Counted from the first letter of the stretch, positions 18,872-28,615 are shown. The stretch is 64,000 bases of DNA from a bacterium (GCA_965219955.1 OZ244799.1:3584001-3648000); one strand, 5' to 3'. The notes: generated from the sequence alone by a model not told the origin. A program made the numbers and translations.

Positions 18872-19888
18872 TTATGGTTCATATTCGATTGAGACCGCCT
18901 CACTGCCATCCACCCAGCCGGGCATGACGGCCGTCACCGGGCCGGGCGTACCCCCTGCGACGAGAAGAATCAGATCTTCTTCATCCTTAATCGCCGGTAC
19001 CAGATACGAATCATCCTGCAGGTTCACGTCAAATGGCCACTTGGCTGCCATCTCATCACGCCAATAGCCTGATTTTTTCAGCTCTCCAAGGGGCTTTCGC
19101 GCAAGCTCCATGATTCGGCGATGGACATCTTCCTTACTTAAACCAGCCTCTGCGCACATGCGCGCATGATCCGGACCCAAAGCAACGACCACCTGGGTTT
19201 TCAGCCATATATTGAGCGAACCCAAGGTCGATATTTTATCCGCAAGGCCCACGAAAAAAGATTCCGGCTCTTTTGAATAATCGTCGATATAGCCTTGAGG
19301 CGCTTCCGTCATCACGGCGGTCACGACATCTTCATCCTGCTGAAAGCCCTTCGTGACGGACAATGGCTCCCAGGGGCTTTCCGCTTCGTTCTCGGCGATG
19401 CAAAACGTATATCTGGCGGGCGAGCCGAACGTGCTCATCGAGGCGGAAACCGGCACACCGCCGCCCAGGTTCATGAGTATTAACCGGATGGCGCGTCCAA
19501 TCGTCGCATTCGCCCGAAAACCCGGCCCGAAGCAACCTGTGCCGCCATGCAGGCCGATTTTTTTCGCATACGGCCCGTTCACGATGATCAGAGGGGCCGC
19601 GCTGTGCATGGTGCCCTGTACGCCGTTCAAATTGAGTTTTGGCGCAAGGAGCGCTCCAAGCCCTGCAATAACAAGGGGCAAATACGAAGGCTCACACCCC
19701 GCCATCACGGCGTGCGCGGCAATCGCCTCCACGCTCGCCTCCCCCATGAGGGGCGGCACCAAACCGATAATTTCCGAGGTTTCAAGCCTCGTACCCGAAA
19801 ACATGGCGGCCATTCGTTCTTCTGTAGGGGGAATTACCGGCAGGCCGTCCGACCAGGGTTTTTGAAAGAAAAACTCGAATTCATCCAT
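18872..19888 (-). CDS. UGSC-partner 'DGLP' family protein, paralog 3
   Basis: WSDGLPVIPPTEER, AHAVMAGC, GCFGPGFRANATIGRA, CIAENEAESPW. Confidence 0.8.
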   Translation of the reverse strand: MDEFEFFFQKPWSDGLPVIPPTEERMAAMFSGTRLETSEIIGLVPPLMGEASVEAIAAHAVMAGCEPSYLPLVIAGLGALLAPKLNLNGVQGTMHSAAPLIIVNGPYAKKIGLHGGTGCFGPGFRANATIGRAIRLILMNLGGGVPVSASMSTFGSPARYTFCIAENEAESPWEPLSVTKGFQQDEDVVTAVMTEAPQGYIDDYSKEPESFFVGLADKISTLGSLNIWLKTQVVVALGPDHARMCAEAGLSKEDVHRRIMELARKPLGELKKSGYWRDEMAAKWPFDVNLQDDSYLVPAIKDEEDLILLVAGGTPGPVTAVMPGWVDGSEAVSIEYEP

Positions 19889-19929
19889 GGGAAAATGACT
19901 TTACCAGACGGAATGCGGGAAATCCGGCA

Positions 19930-20964
19930 TTACACTTCAAACACGCCATGAACGGCGCGGCTGCCGCCGCTCCACCCGTGACAGACCGCACTGCCCGATC
20001 CCCAGCCGCCCGCGACGATCAAATGGAGGTCACGGGGATCCTTGATGACGGGAACGAAAAACTCATCATCATCGGGCTCCGTGTGGATATACATCGCCAG
20101 CGCGCGCTCACGCCGCCAGTTTCCGCCTCGCTTCAGGTCCTTCACCTTGTGGCCGGCCAGCTCACACAGCCGCTGATGCACGTCCGCGCGCGTAAGGCCG
20201 CCCTCGGAGCAAATCTTCGCATGCTGGGGATTCATGGCGACGACCATATCGGTTCTGGGCGCGTGCATGTTCCAGGAGCCCAGACCCGTCATCGCATCGG
20301 CGATTCCCCGGAGCAGCCTCTCGGGCTCCTCGCTGACGTCATCGAAGGTCAGGCGCGGGCTTTCCACCATGGCCATGGTGATCACGTTCTCATCCGCCCC
20401 GTATCCCCTCGATTCGGCGAGCGTCTCCCAGGGGTGAAACTGGAGGTTCTCCGTGACGCACGCGGTATAGCGAAGCGGCGTGCCGAAAATCGTCATGGAA
20501 GAAACGCCCGGGATGCCCCCGCCCAGGTTCATCAGAATCAGGCGAATCGCGCGGCCGATGGAGGCGTTGGCCCTGAATCCGGGGCCGAAACAGCCATTGC
20601 CCCCGTGAATGCCGATTTCCCCGGAATACGGGCCGTTCACGATCATCAGGGGCGCCACGCCGTGCATCGTGCCCTGCACACCGTTCATGTTGAATTCATC
20701 GCGAAGCATGAGGGAGGCGGCGCCGAGTACGACCGGCAGGTATTCCGGCTTACACCCGGCCATGACCGCATGCACCGCCACGCTGTGAACCGTGGCCTCC
20801 CCCATGGCGGGAGGAACCTGACCGATGACCTCGGCAGGACTTCTCTTCGTGCCCGAGAGCATGCGCTCGATGCGCTCTTCGGTCGGGGTGACGACGGGCA
20901 GGCCGTCCGACCAGGGTTTTTCCAGGAAAAACTCGAATTCATCTTGAGGATCGTTCAAAACCAT
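19930..20964 (-). CDS. UGSC-partner 'DGLP' family protein, paralog 2
   Basis: WSDGLPVVTPTEER, VHAVMAGCKPEY, GCFGPGFRANASIGRA. Confidence 0.8.
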   Translation of the reverse strand: MVLNDPQDEFEFFLEKPWSDGLPVVTPTEERIERMLSGTKRSPAEVIGQVPPAMGEATVHSVAVHAVMAGCKPEYLPVVLGAASLMLRDEFNMNGVQGTMHGVAPLMIVNGPYSGEIGIHGGNGCFGPGFRANASIGRAIRLILMNLGGGIPGVSSMTIFGTPLRYTACVTENLQFHPWETLAESRGYGADENVITMAMVESPRLTFDDVSEEPERLLRGIADAMTGLGSWNMHAPRTDMVVAMNPQHAKICSEGGLTRADVHQRLCELAGHKVKDLKRGGNWRRERALAMYIHTEPDDDEFFVPVIKDPRDLHLIVAGGWGSGSAVCHGWSGGSRAVHGVFEV

Positions 20965-20986
20965 TCACCCCTTGATATATTTGGTC

Positions 20987-22021
20987 TTATGACGATTCAA
21001 ATGCGCGGGAAACCGAGCGGCTGCTCCCGTTCCAGCCGTGCATCACGGCCGTAATCGGCCCCGGAACCCCGCCCGCCACGATCAGGAGCAGCCTCCCGGT
21101 CTCTTTGATCGTCGGAACGAACGCATCGTCATCATCCAGATCGACGGGGAACGGGAAGTCTCTGATGCGGTTCTCCCGGTAATGCCCCCCCGTTTTGAGT
21201 TCGCCCACCGTGCGGCCCGCGATTTCGCAAAGACGCCCATGGACATCCGCTTTCGAATACCCCTTTTTGGCGCAGATCGTGGCCTGCTGCGGACTCATCG
21301 CCACCACCAGATCCGTGTTGGCCCAGCAGTTCCACGAACCCAGATGCGACATGGTGTCCGCGATGGAGGGGAGCATGCGCTCGGGGTCGTCGCTCACGTC
21401 ATCCCAGGACATGACGGGGCCTTCCACGTGCACGGCGGTGACGACATCCTCCCCCGCATCAAAACCCTGCGTCTGCGCGAAAGACTCCCAGGGGCTTTCC
21501 GCTTCATTCTCGGCGATGCAGTACGTGAACCGCCCCGGTTGAGAGAACGTGCTCATCGAGGTGATGCCCGGGATTCCGCCGCCGATGTTCAGGAGCAAAA
21601 GCCTGATGGCGCGCCCGATCGTCGCGTTGGCGCGGTTCCCGGGGCCGAAGCAGCCGAGCCCGCCGTGTACGCCGATTTCCCCCGCGTAGGGGCCGTTCAC
21701 GATCAAAAGGGGAGCCGCGCAGGAGAGCGTCGCCTGCACGCCGCCCACGTTGAATTTTTCCTCCAGAATCGCTTCCACGGCCCCGATGAGAACCGGCATA
21801 TACGCCGGCCTGCACCCGGCCATGACGGCGTGGGCGGCGATGCTTCGAACGTCCGCCTGCGCCAAGAGCGGAGGCACGTCGCCCAGGACTTCGTCCGGGT
21901 CGCGGTTCGTTCCCGCCAGCATGAGGCCCAGGCGCTCCTCCGTCGGGGGGATGACCGGCAGGCCGTCCGACCAGGGTTTCTCGAAGAAATACTCGAACTC
22001 ATCCACGGGAGAAGTGCTCAC
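20987..22021 (-). CDS. UGSC-partner 'DGLP' family protein, paralog 1
   Basis: WSDGLPVIPPTEER, AHAVMAGCRPAY, GCFGPGNRANATIGRA. Confidence 0.8.
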   Translation of the reverse strand: MSTSPVDEFEYFFEKPWSDGLPVIPPTEERLGLMLAGTNRDPDEVLGDVPPLLAQADVRSIAAHAVMAGCRPAYMPVLIGAVEAILEEKFNVGGVQATLSCAAPLLIVNGPYAGEIGVHGGLGCFGPGNRANATIGRAIRLLLLNIGGGIPGITSMSTFSQPGRFTYCIAENEAESPWESFAQTQGFDAGEDVVTAVHVEGPVMSWDDVSDDPERMLPSIADTMSHLGSWNCWANTDLVVAMSPQQATICAKKGYSKADVHGRLCEIAGRTVGELKTGGHYRENRIRDFPFPVDLDDDDAFVPTIKETGRLLLIVAGGVPGPITAVMHGWNGSSRSVSRAFESS

Positions 22022-22173
22022 GAAATGCCTCCGGAGAAACTTGACGACGCGCAGGATACGTTAATAAAGCCGCACAAATATACATGGGCGCTGGACAGAT
22101 TGCGAGTCGGTGTCGTTAGAATGCGTCTGACGCTCCATCTTCCGTAAACGCCTCAACTACAGGAGTTTATTCC

Positions 22174-22560
22174 ATGCCGATCTACAGAAACCTCGCCGCG
22201 CAGAACCAGGGGAAAGCCGCCGACTACGTCACCGCAGACGCCGCCTGGGTCGATGGCGCCCATACCACCATCGGTTATTTCCGCATGGAGGCGGGGGGCC
22301 ACTCCAACCCGCATTATCACCACGACGAGCAGTTCCTCTATCTCCTGAAGGGCGGGCTGCGGGTGGCCGTGGAAGGGGAGATACTCGAAGCCGCGCCAGG
22401 CGATCTGGTGCAGTTCCGTCCCGGCGAGGTGCACGAGATCATGGCGCTGGATGAGCCCGTGGAACTCCTGCTCACGAGGGCTCCGGCCCGGCCGAGTCTC
22501 GAGGTGCTCGCGGTGACGCCCGAAGGAGAGAAGGCCCGCAGCGTCCTGCGCTCCGAATAG
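22174..22560 (+). CDS. Cupin domain protein
   Basis: PHYHHDEQFLYLLKG and PGEVHE; RBS AGGAG; divergent from the DGLP array. Confidence 0.85.
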   Translation: MPIYRNLAAQNQGKAADYVTADAAWVDGAHTTIGYFRMEAGGHSNPHYHHDEQFLYLLKGGLRVAVEGEILEAAPGDLVQFRPGEVHEIMALDEPVELLLTRAPARPSLEVLAVTPEGEKARSVLRSE

Positions 22561-22700
22561 CACATCGCTACCTGAACGCCCATATTATCAATGCCTTGCG
22601 CGGCGCCATCCCGCGCCCGGAACGGCCGCCACAGGGCCGTCACGTCCGGGGGTTTCCTCCCGCGATTCCCGCCGTTGCGCGCATGCTCCCCCTGCAGTTC

Positions 22701-22928
22701 CCCGCATTTGCCGTTATCGCAAACCTCGCGATCATGGCAGAATTCCCCTGCGCCCGGATTCCGGCGGCGTCTCATCCTCCCGAATCATTTGCCGTTTATT
22801 TATCGAAAAACCCCGTGAATTTATCTGATTTTATCGAATTTTCCGGAAATTCCATTCCGGCTCGACGGGCCGGTCCGCGGCGTGATTCTACCGCGCTCCC
22901 GGGCCTTCGCCACGACGGCAAATGCGGG
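22701..22928. repeat. Intergenic inverted-repeat pair (possible MITE remnant)
   Basis: CCCGCATTTGCCGT (22701-22714) and its reverse complement ACGGCAAATGCGGG (22915-22928), with partial inward extension. Confidence 0.5.
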
Positions 22929-23000
22929 AAAATGCGGAGCGCGCACCGGTGCCCGAAGGTGAAATTCGACTGGTGGAGGAGAGCCTGCCCCGAGCGAAAA

Positions 23001-23070
23001 GGGGTTGTTGAATCCGTTTTTGATCGTCATTCCGGCAATCCTGGCTTTGCAGGGTTTTTCAACAGCACCG
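23001..23070. repeat. Short MITE-like element with GGGGTTGTTGAA-type ends
   Basis: GGGGTTGTTGAA...CGTCATTCCGGC...TTTTTCAACAGCACC; same ends as the elements at 27.5, 37.8 and 47.7 kb. Confidence 0.55.
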
Positions 23071-23319
23071 AAGAGAGCGGGTTCGCCGACCGGGAAAGGA
23101 GGAACGGCGTTTGACGCGGCTGGTGAGGGAGTGGTTGACGCGTCCGCGCCCGGGTTTGGAAAAGAGGTTTTCGAGCGAGGAGGCGTTCACCTCTGCGGCG
23201 CAGATTCGTCAGGTGGTGCGTGAAAGGCGCTCGTTCCCCCCGCCCGAAGTGAAAATATGTTTCGATAAGCTGAAAAACGGGTGCTACAATGCGTTGTTTC
23301 TCTGGAAAAGGAGCGCGCC

Positions 23320-24771
23320 TTGGAAAGAAGCCTGTTCGATCAGACGGAAGACGGTGACAGCGGCGACGGTGAATCACAAACGCCCCGGGTCGACCCGGGG
23401 GCGCCCCTGGCCGAGCGCATGCGGCCCCGGACGCTCGATGAGGTTTTGGGACAGGATCACCTGATCGGCCCGGGCCGCGTGCTGAGGCGCGCCGTGGAGG
23501 AAGATTCCTTGCGCCCGCTCATCTTCTGGGGGCCGCCCGGCACGGGCAAGACGACGCTCGCGCGCATCATCGCGGGGAAAACGAACGCGCACTTCATCAC
23601 GCTGAGCGCGGTGCTCCACGGGGTGAAGGAGTTGCGCGCCGCCGTGGACGAAGCGAAGCGCATGCGGCAAAGAAAGGTGCGCACGATCCTGTTCATCGAC
23701 GAGATTCACCGCTTCAACAAGGCCCAGCAGGACGGCCTCCTGCCCCACGTGGAAAACGGCGCGCTCACCCTCATCGGAGCGACGACGGAAAACCCCTCCT
23801 TCGAGGTCATACCGCCCCTCCTCTCCCGCGCGCGCGTGTTCGTACTCGAGGGATTGAAGGAAGAGCACGTCGTGGCGCTTCTCCGCCGCGCCCTGGCGGA
23901 CACCGAACGCGGCCTCGGGGCCTTGAAGCTGGAGGCGGAGGATGACGCCCTGCGCCGCGTCACGGTCCTGAGCAGCGGGGATGCGCGCTCCGCCCTCAAT
24001 ATCCTGGAAGCCGCAGCCGCCCTCGCCGGCGAGAACCGCCGGGTCGATTCAAAGCTGGTGAGCGAGGCCGCCCAGCGCAAGACGCTTCTCTACGACAAGG
24101 CGGGCGAGGAGCACTACAACCTCATCTCCGCCCTTCACAAGACCCTGCGGGCTTCCGACCCCGACGCCGCCCTCTACTGGCTCGCGCGCATGCTGGAGGG
24201 GGGCGAGGACCCCATGTACATCCTGCGGCGTCTCGTGCGCTTCGCCTCGGAAGACGTCGGCATGGCCGACCCGAACGCGCTCGCCGTGGCGACCGCCGCC
24301 CAGGGGGCGTTTCACTTCATCGGCCTCCCCGAGGGGAAGCTCGCCATCGCGCAGGCGGTGGTCTATCTCGCCCAGGCGCCCAAGAGCGACGCGGTCTACC
24401 GGGGCTTCGGGGCGGCGGAACGCGCCGTGCGCGAGCAGGACGCCGCGCCCGTCCCGCATCACCTGAGGAACGCGCCCACCGGCCTCATGCGCGACCTCGG
24501 CTACGGCGAGGGCTACAAGCACGCGCACGAGTTCGACGACGCTGTCGTGGAGATGGAGGGCATGCCCGAGGGTCTGCAGGGGACGCGGTTTTATCATCCC
24601 ACTTCCCGGGGGTTCGAGGCGGAGGTCCGGAAGAGGCTCGCCACCCGCGAGGAGATACTGAACGAACGCCTCGGCGAGCGCCTGAACGTGCCAGATGAGA
24701 AGTCCATGGACGACCGCCGCCCCTCCGACCCCGCCATGCCGGGCAGAAGGGCGCGAAGGAAGGATAAGTAA
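23320..24771 (+). CDS. rarA: Replication-associated recombination protein A (MgsA/RarA)
   Basis: [59 protein letters not shown]; RBS AAGGAG before TTG 23320. Confidence 0.96.
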   Translation: MERSLFDQTEDGDSGDGESQTPRVDPGAPLAERMRPRTLDEVLGQDHLIGPGRVLRRAVEEDSLRPLIFWGPPGTGKTTLARIIAGKTNAHFITLSAVLHGVKELRAAVDEAKRMRQRKVRTILFIDEIHRFNKAQQDGLLPHVENGALTLIGATTENPSFEVIPPLLSRARVFVLEGLKEEHVVALLRRALADTERGLGALKLEAEDDALRRVTVLSSGDARSALNILEAAAALAGENRRVDSKLVSEAAQRKTLLYDKAGEEHYNLISALHKTLRASDPDAALYWLARMLEGGEDPMYILRRLVRFASEDVGMADPNALAVATAAQGAFHFIGLPEGKLAIAQAVVYLAQAPKSDAVYRGFGAAERAVREQDAAPVPHHLRNAPTGLMRDLGYGEGYKHAHEFDDAVVEMEGMPEGLQGTRFYHPTSRGFEAEVRKRLATREEILNERLGERLNVPDEKSMDDRRPSDPAMPGRRARRKDK

Positions 24772-24814
24772 GGGGTGAGTTTACGGCGTATTTTCGTAAA
24801 ATGAAGCTCTCACT

Positions 24815-24843
24815 TTGACATTTCTACCAAGTCGAGAGATATT
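24815..24843 (+). promoter_or_regulatory. Putative sigma70 promoter
   Basis: TTGACA-17 nt-GATATT upstream of ATG 24883. Confidence 0.5.
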
Positions 24844-24882
24844 TTCGTTGCCGCTAATTTGAAATGCGAGAGAGAAAGTGAA

Positions 24883-25446
24883 ATGACGGAATTCGAAATC
24901 GCAACGCTCGAATTGCAAAGATGGAGCATTTACGTCGCCGCCGGTGTCGGCCTCGCCCAATGCGCCTTGATAGGGCTCGGGCTGCTCATGATGTATGTGG
25001 CGTCAAGGCACAGAGACAGGGCCTTGGACAATCAGTCGAAAGTGCTGGACAACCAGACGAAGGCTTTGGACGCCTTGCTTGATCGCACCGGAGCATACAC
25101 GAAATCGCTGGAAGCTACGCTCGATCGCACCGAGGGTACTTGGAAGGCATTGATCGAACGTGTTGAGAGCGGCACGAAAGCAACGGATACGTTGATCGAA
25201 CGCAGCGATGCTGGCTGGAAGGCGTTAATCGAACGTATCGAGAGCAGTTCGAAAGCGACGGATACGTTGATCGAACGCACCGCAACGAATACGAAATCGC
25301 TTGAGGCTACTATAGAGCGTACCGAGGCCGGTACAAAAGCGCTGATCGAACGTGTCGAAAATGGCGCGAAGGCAACGGATGCCTTGATCGAACGCACGGA
25401 AGATAGCGCCAGGGCGCTGCGCAGATTGCTGGAGAGAACCGAATAA
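24883..25446 (+). CDS. Membrane-anchored coiled-coil repeat protein (paralog A)
   Basis: TM segment containing AQCALIGLGL, then RDRALD and about ten 11/14-aa (K)ALIER[TV] repeats. Confidence 0.75.
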   Translation: MTEFEIATLELQRWSIYVAAGVGLAQCALIGLGLLMMYVASRHRDRALDNQSKVLDNQTKALDALLDRTGAYTKSLEATLDRTEGTWKALIERVESGTKATDTLIERSDAGWKALIERIESSSKATDTLIERTATNTKSLEATIERTEAGTKALIERVENGAKATDALIERTEDSARALRRLLERTE

Positions 25447-25494
25447 AAGCGCTTGCCGAGAGATATTCCTGAAAAGATTTATCGTCGCGAAAAA

Positions 25495-26274
25495 CTATCC
25501 CGCCGCCGCGACGGAATTCCTGGATTCGAGCGCTCCATCCATCTCTTCGATGATCGCCTTGGCCGCCCCGAACGGATCCTCGCTTTTCGTGATGGGCCTG
25601 CCTACGACGAGATAGTCCGAACCCATGCGGATGGCATCCGCCGGCGTGGTGATTCGTTTGTGATCATCAGACGCGGCCCACGCAGGCCGGACTCCGGGGC
25701 TTACGATATCGGCGTTCGGGAATTTCTCGCGGCAGGCCTTGATGGCGTCGCCCGAAACGATCAACCCGTCACATCCCTCGGCGAGCAGCTTCTCTCCCCG
25801 GTCGAGAATGTATTGCGTCGAATCCGCTCCTTTGATTCCTTCGCTTCGCAAATCGTCATCGCTCAGGCTCGAAAGAAGCGGCACCATCAGGAGCTTGGGA
25901 TGCGCCGCAACGCCTCGGGTTTTGAGCGCAGTTTCCATCGTCCTGGTCGTCATCACGTAGGGCATGGACTCGGTGAGCGTGACGAACCTGACGTTAAGCG
26001 CCATGCAGCTCTCGATGAACCTGGCTATCGTGTTGCCGATGTCTCCCGAGAGCTTGAGATCGACGAACACCCCGCCTTCGCCTGAGCGGCGGTCCTGAAG
26101 CTCGTTGATGAACCCGAGCAGGTCCCCCGCGAGAAAGAGTTCGAGCCCGACCTTGAAAAACGAGACGTTCTCGAGTTTTTCAACCAGTCCGAGCGCTTCC
26201 TCGTGCGTCGGCACGTCCAGGGCAACGATGAGGCGGTCCTTGCCGCTCAGGCTCGCCGCGGGTTTCTCCCCCAT
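25495..26274 (-). CDS. pyrF: Orotidine-5'-phosphate decarboxylase (divergent)
   Basis: [44 protein letters not shown]; RBS AGGAGG before ATG 26274. Confidence 0.82.
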   Translation of the reverse strand: MGEKPAASLSGKDRLIVALDVPTHEEALGLVEKLENVSFFKVGLELFLAGDLLGFINELQDRRSGEGGVFVDLKLSGDIGNTIARFIESCMALNVRFVTLTESMPYVMTTRTMETALKTRGVAAHPKLLMVPLLSSLSDDDLRSEGIKGADSTQYILDRGEKLLAEGCDGLIVSGDAIKACREKFPNADIVSPGVRPAWAASDDHKRITTPADAIRMGSDYLVVGRPITKSEDPFGAAKAIIEEMDGALESRNSVAAAG

Positions 26275-26508
26275 CGACGCTCCTCCTGTTTCGTCGGGCA
26301 GGTGGTCATTGTGATTCGTGGGCGAAAATGCAAAGCCCTTATCGTACATTTCACATGGGAAATCAAACACGCATCCCCGTGCTGCGGAAGGCAGGGAGGC
26401 CATCGCCGGGGGTTGCTCCGACAGCGGGATTACCTGAAAATCGGCAAATCAACCCCCGAAAAGTTTTTGGGTGATTTGGCGTGCAAATCCTTTGTTCAGG
26501 AGGGTCCC

Positions 26509-26901
26509 TTGGAGATCGACCGCTTCGACCACATGGTGTTCACCGTGCGCGATGTCGAGCGCACTTGTGAATTCTACGCACGAGTTCTCGGCATGGAGGT
26601 CATCACCTTCGAGGGGGGCCGCCGCGCGCTCCGGTTCGGTGAGCAGAAGATAAACTTGCACCTTGCGGGAGCGGAGTTCGAACCCAAGGCCGACCCGCCC
26701 GTTCCGGGTTCCGAGGACGTGTGCCTCATCGCGAAAACGGATTTGGAGGAAGCGATGGCCCATGTGCGCGCTTGCGGCGTGGAGATCATCGAAGGCCCGT
26801 CCGATAAGAGCGGCGCGGCGGGGCCGATCCGCTCATTTTATTTCCGCGATCCGGACGGCAACCTGATCGAGGTGTCCAACTATCCGGGGGAGACGGAATA
26901 G
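26509..26901 (+). CDS. VOC/glyoxalase family protein (GLOD5-like)
   Basis: [34 protein letters not shown]; RBS AGGAGG before TTG. Confidence 0.9.
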   Translation: MEIDRFDHMVFTVRDVERTCEFYARVLGMEVITFEGGRRALRFGEQKINLHLAGAEFEPKADPPVPGSEDVCLIAKTDLEEAMAHVRACGVEIIEGPSDKSGAAGPIRSFYFRDPDGNLIEVSNYPGETE

Positions 26902-26980
26902 CCCGCCTCTCGCGTAAGGAAAGTTTCGGGGGAGCAGCCCCTGTCAGCACCGGAAGATGCGGAAGCGGGAGCCGGACTTT

Positions 26981-27328
26981 CTAGCGCATGCGTTCGATGA
27001 AAGCCCTGAACGCCATCCTGCTTTCTTCTTGTCCTTTGATGAGTTCTTCCAACACCTTCGACTGATTCTCCAGCGACTTCGAGTTGCCCGCCGTGCGTTC
27101 GAGCGTCGCCTCCAGCGATTTCGAGCTTGCCGCTGTGCGTTCGAGCATCGCCTCCAGTGATTTCGAGCTTGCCGCCGTGCGTTCAATCAACGCATCCAGC
27201 GCCGCTCTTTGATCGTCCAGCGCCTTGTCCCGATTTTTCGAGGCGTCGCGCATTTGATTGAGGCCATACCAGATGAGAGCGCATTGGGACGCGCCGATGA
27301 CGAGGTTCAGAGCTTCGTACGTGGTCAT
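26981..27328 (-). CDS. Membrane-anchored coiled-coil repeat protein (paralog B)
   Basis: SQCALIWYGLNQMRDASKNRDKALD followed by three 42-nt ERTAASSKSLEA repeats; RBS GGAGG. Confidence 0.75.
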   Translation of the reverse strand: MTTYEALNLVIGASQCALIWYGLNQMRDASKNRDKALDDQRAALDALIERTAASSKSLEAMLERTAASSKSLEATLERTAGNSKSLENQSKVLEELIKGQEESRMAFRAFIERMR

Positions 27329-27374
27329 GGGTTTCCTCCAGAGCCGAATGAACAAGTCGTTGGGCCCTCAAGGA

Positions 27375-27405
27375 ATTATATTCCGATTCGTTCGTCGTCT
27401 GTCAA
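27375..27405 (-). promoter_or_regulatory. Sigma70-type promoter with consensus hexamers and 19-nt spacer
   Basis: TTGACA (27405-27400), 19 nt, TATAAT (27380-27375), upstream of paralog B. Confidence 0.6.
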
Positions 27406-27503
27406 TGTCCGCCCGGCCCGAAGGGGAGAGCGGCGTTTTTGCGGGTACGCGGCCGTTCCGGGGCGATGATGAAAACCGGCTCCCCCGTAATTTCCCCCTT
27501 AGC

Positions 27504-27742
27504 GGGGTTGTTGAAAAAGCTCCCAAAATGGGTTGTTGCCCCCGAATCGAGAGTATTCACCGTCATTCCGGCGAAAGCCGGAATCCATTTTTAAGCCTTT
27601 TGCTTTTCGTCCGGGTTTCCGCGCATCGGCGGGGAATGAAACGCCGCCGTGTATTCATCCGCATCCGCAAATGGATTCCGGCTTTCGCCGGAATGACGGC
27701 AGTGATCACTTCCGAGCGAGGAAGGACTTTTCCAACAACCCC
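27504..27742. mobile_element. MITE-like element carrying an inverted REP pair
   Basis: Ends GGGGTTGTTGAAAAAG and ACTTTTCCAACAACCCC; internal CGTCATTCCGGCGAAAGCCGGAATCCAT (27561) and its exact reverse complement (27671). Confidence 0.7.
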
Positions 27743-28615
27743 CTAACGGAAGAGTTCGATATCGGCTTCCGCTTCACCGTGATAGACGGCTTTCGCCTTG
27801 AGCAGGTCGTCGAGCACAAGTCGCTTGTCGCGCGGGTTTCTGAGCAGATAGGCCGGGTGATAGGTCGAGAGGCAGGGAATGCCCTGGTAGCGCCCGAACT
27901 TGCCCCTGAGCCTGCCGATGGGCGTCTTCGTCTGGAGAAGCCACTGCGCGGCGAATTTGCCCAAAGCCAGGATAAGCCTGGGCTGGATGACGGCGAGTTG
28001 CTTGTGGAGATACGGCTCGCAGCAGTCGATCTCGTCCGGCTCCGGGTTGCGGTTGCCCGGCGGTCGGCACTTCAGGATGTTGCAGATGTAGACCTCCTGG
28101 CGCGGGACCTCGATGACGTTTTCGATCATCTTGGTCAGCATCTGGCCCGCCCGTCCCACGAAGGGAATCCCCTCCGCGTCTTCGTTCGCTCCGGGCGCCT
28201 CGCCGACGATGACGAGGTTCGCCGCCGGGTTCCCCACGCCGAACACGAGGTTCGTCCGGCCCGGCCCCAGCTTGCACCGCAAACAGCCGTCCACGGCGGC
28301 TTCGAGTTCTGCGAGCGACATCTCCGCTTCCGGGTCGAAGGGAAGCGGCGACGGCTCGGGGCCGGGGTCTCTGCGCTTCGCCATGGGGGCCAGGGTGGGT
28401 GCGGGCGCAGGCGCTGCCTGGGGAATCAGGGCCTGCTGCTCGGGATTGGACGCGGCTGCGGGTTCAGGCGTCCGTGTGGGTGGATTTTGCGTGGGCAGCA
28501 CCGCCTCGGGAACCGTCTCCCGGGGAGTCCCCAGGCTCACGTAATCGACCCCTGCGGCGCGTTGGTTCCTCAGGTGCCCCAGTATTTCTCTGGCCAGCTC
28601 TGCGCGATGGTTCAT
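27743..28615 (-). CDS. udg: Uracil-DNA glycosylase family 4
   Basis: CxxC, GEAPGANED, PFVGRAG, NILKCRPPGNRNP, TYHPAYLLRN. Confidence 0.95.
   Translation of the reverse strand: MNHRAELAREILGHLRNQRAAGVDYVSLGTPRETVPEAVLPTQNPPTRTPEPAAASNPEQQALIPQAAPAPAPTLAPMAKRRDPGPEPSPLPFDPEAEMSLAELEAAVDGCLRCKLGPGRTNLVFGVGNPAANLVIVGEAPGANEDAEGIPFVGRAGQMLTKMIENVIEVPRQEVYICNILKCRPPGNRNPEPDEIDCCEPYLHKQLAVIQPRLILALGKFAAQWLLQTKTPIGRLRGKFGRYQGIPCLSTYHPAYLLRNPRDKRLVLDDLLKAKAVYHGEAEADIELFR

Noticed and set aside
19948-22147. Two plus-strand ORFs of about 368 aa that resemble each other
   Set aside because: Antisense shadows of the DGLP paralogs; their similarity only mirrors the real genes.
25060-25440. Possible CRISPR array or non-coding tandem repeat (also 27070-27190 and 43310-43590)
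   Set aside because: The repeats are in-frame coding units of 21, 33 or 42 nt without unique spacers, and there are no cas genes.
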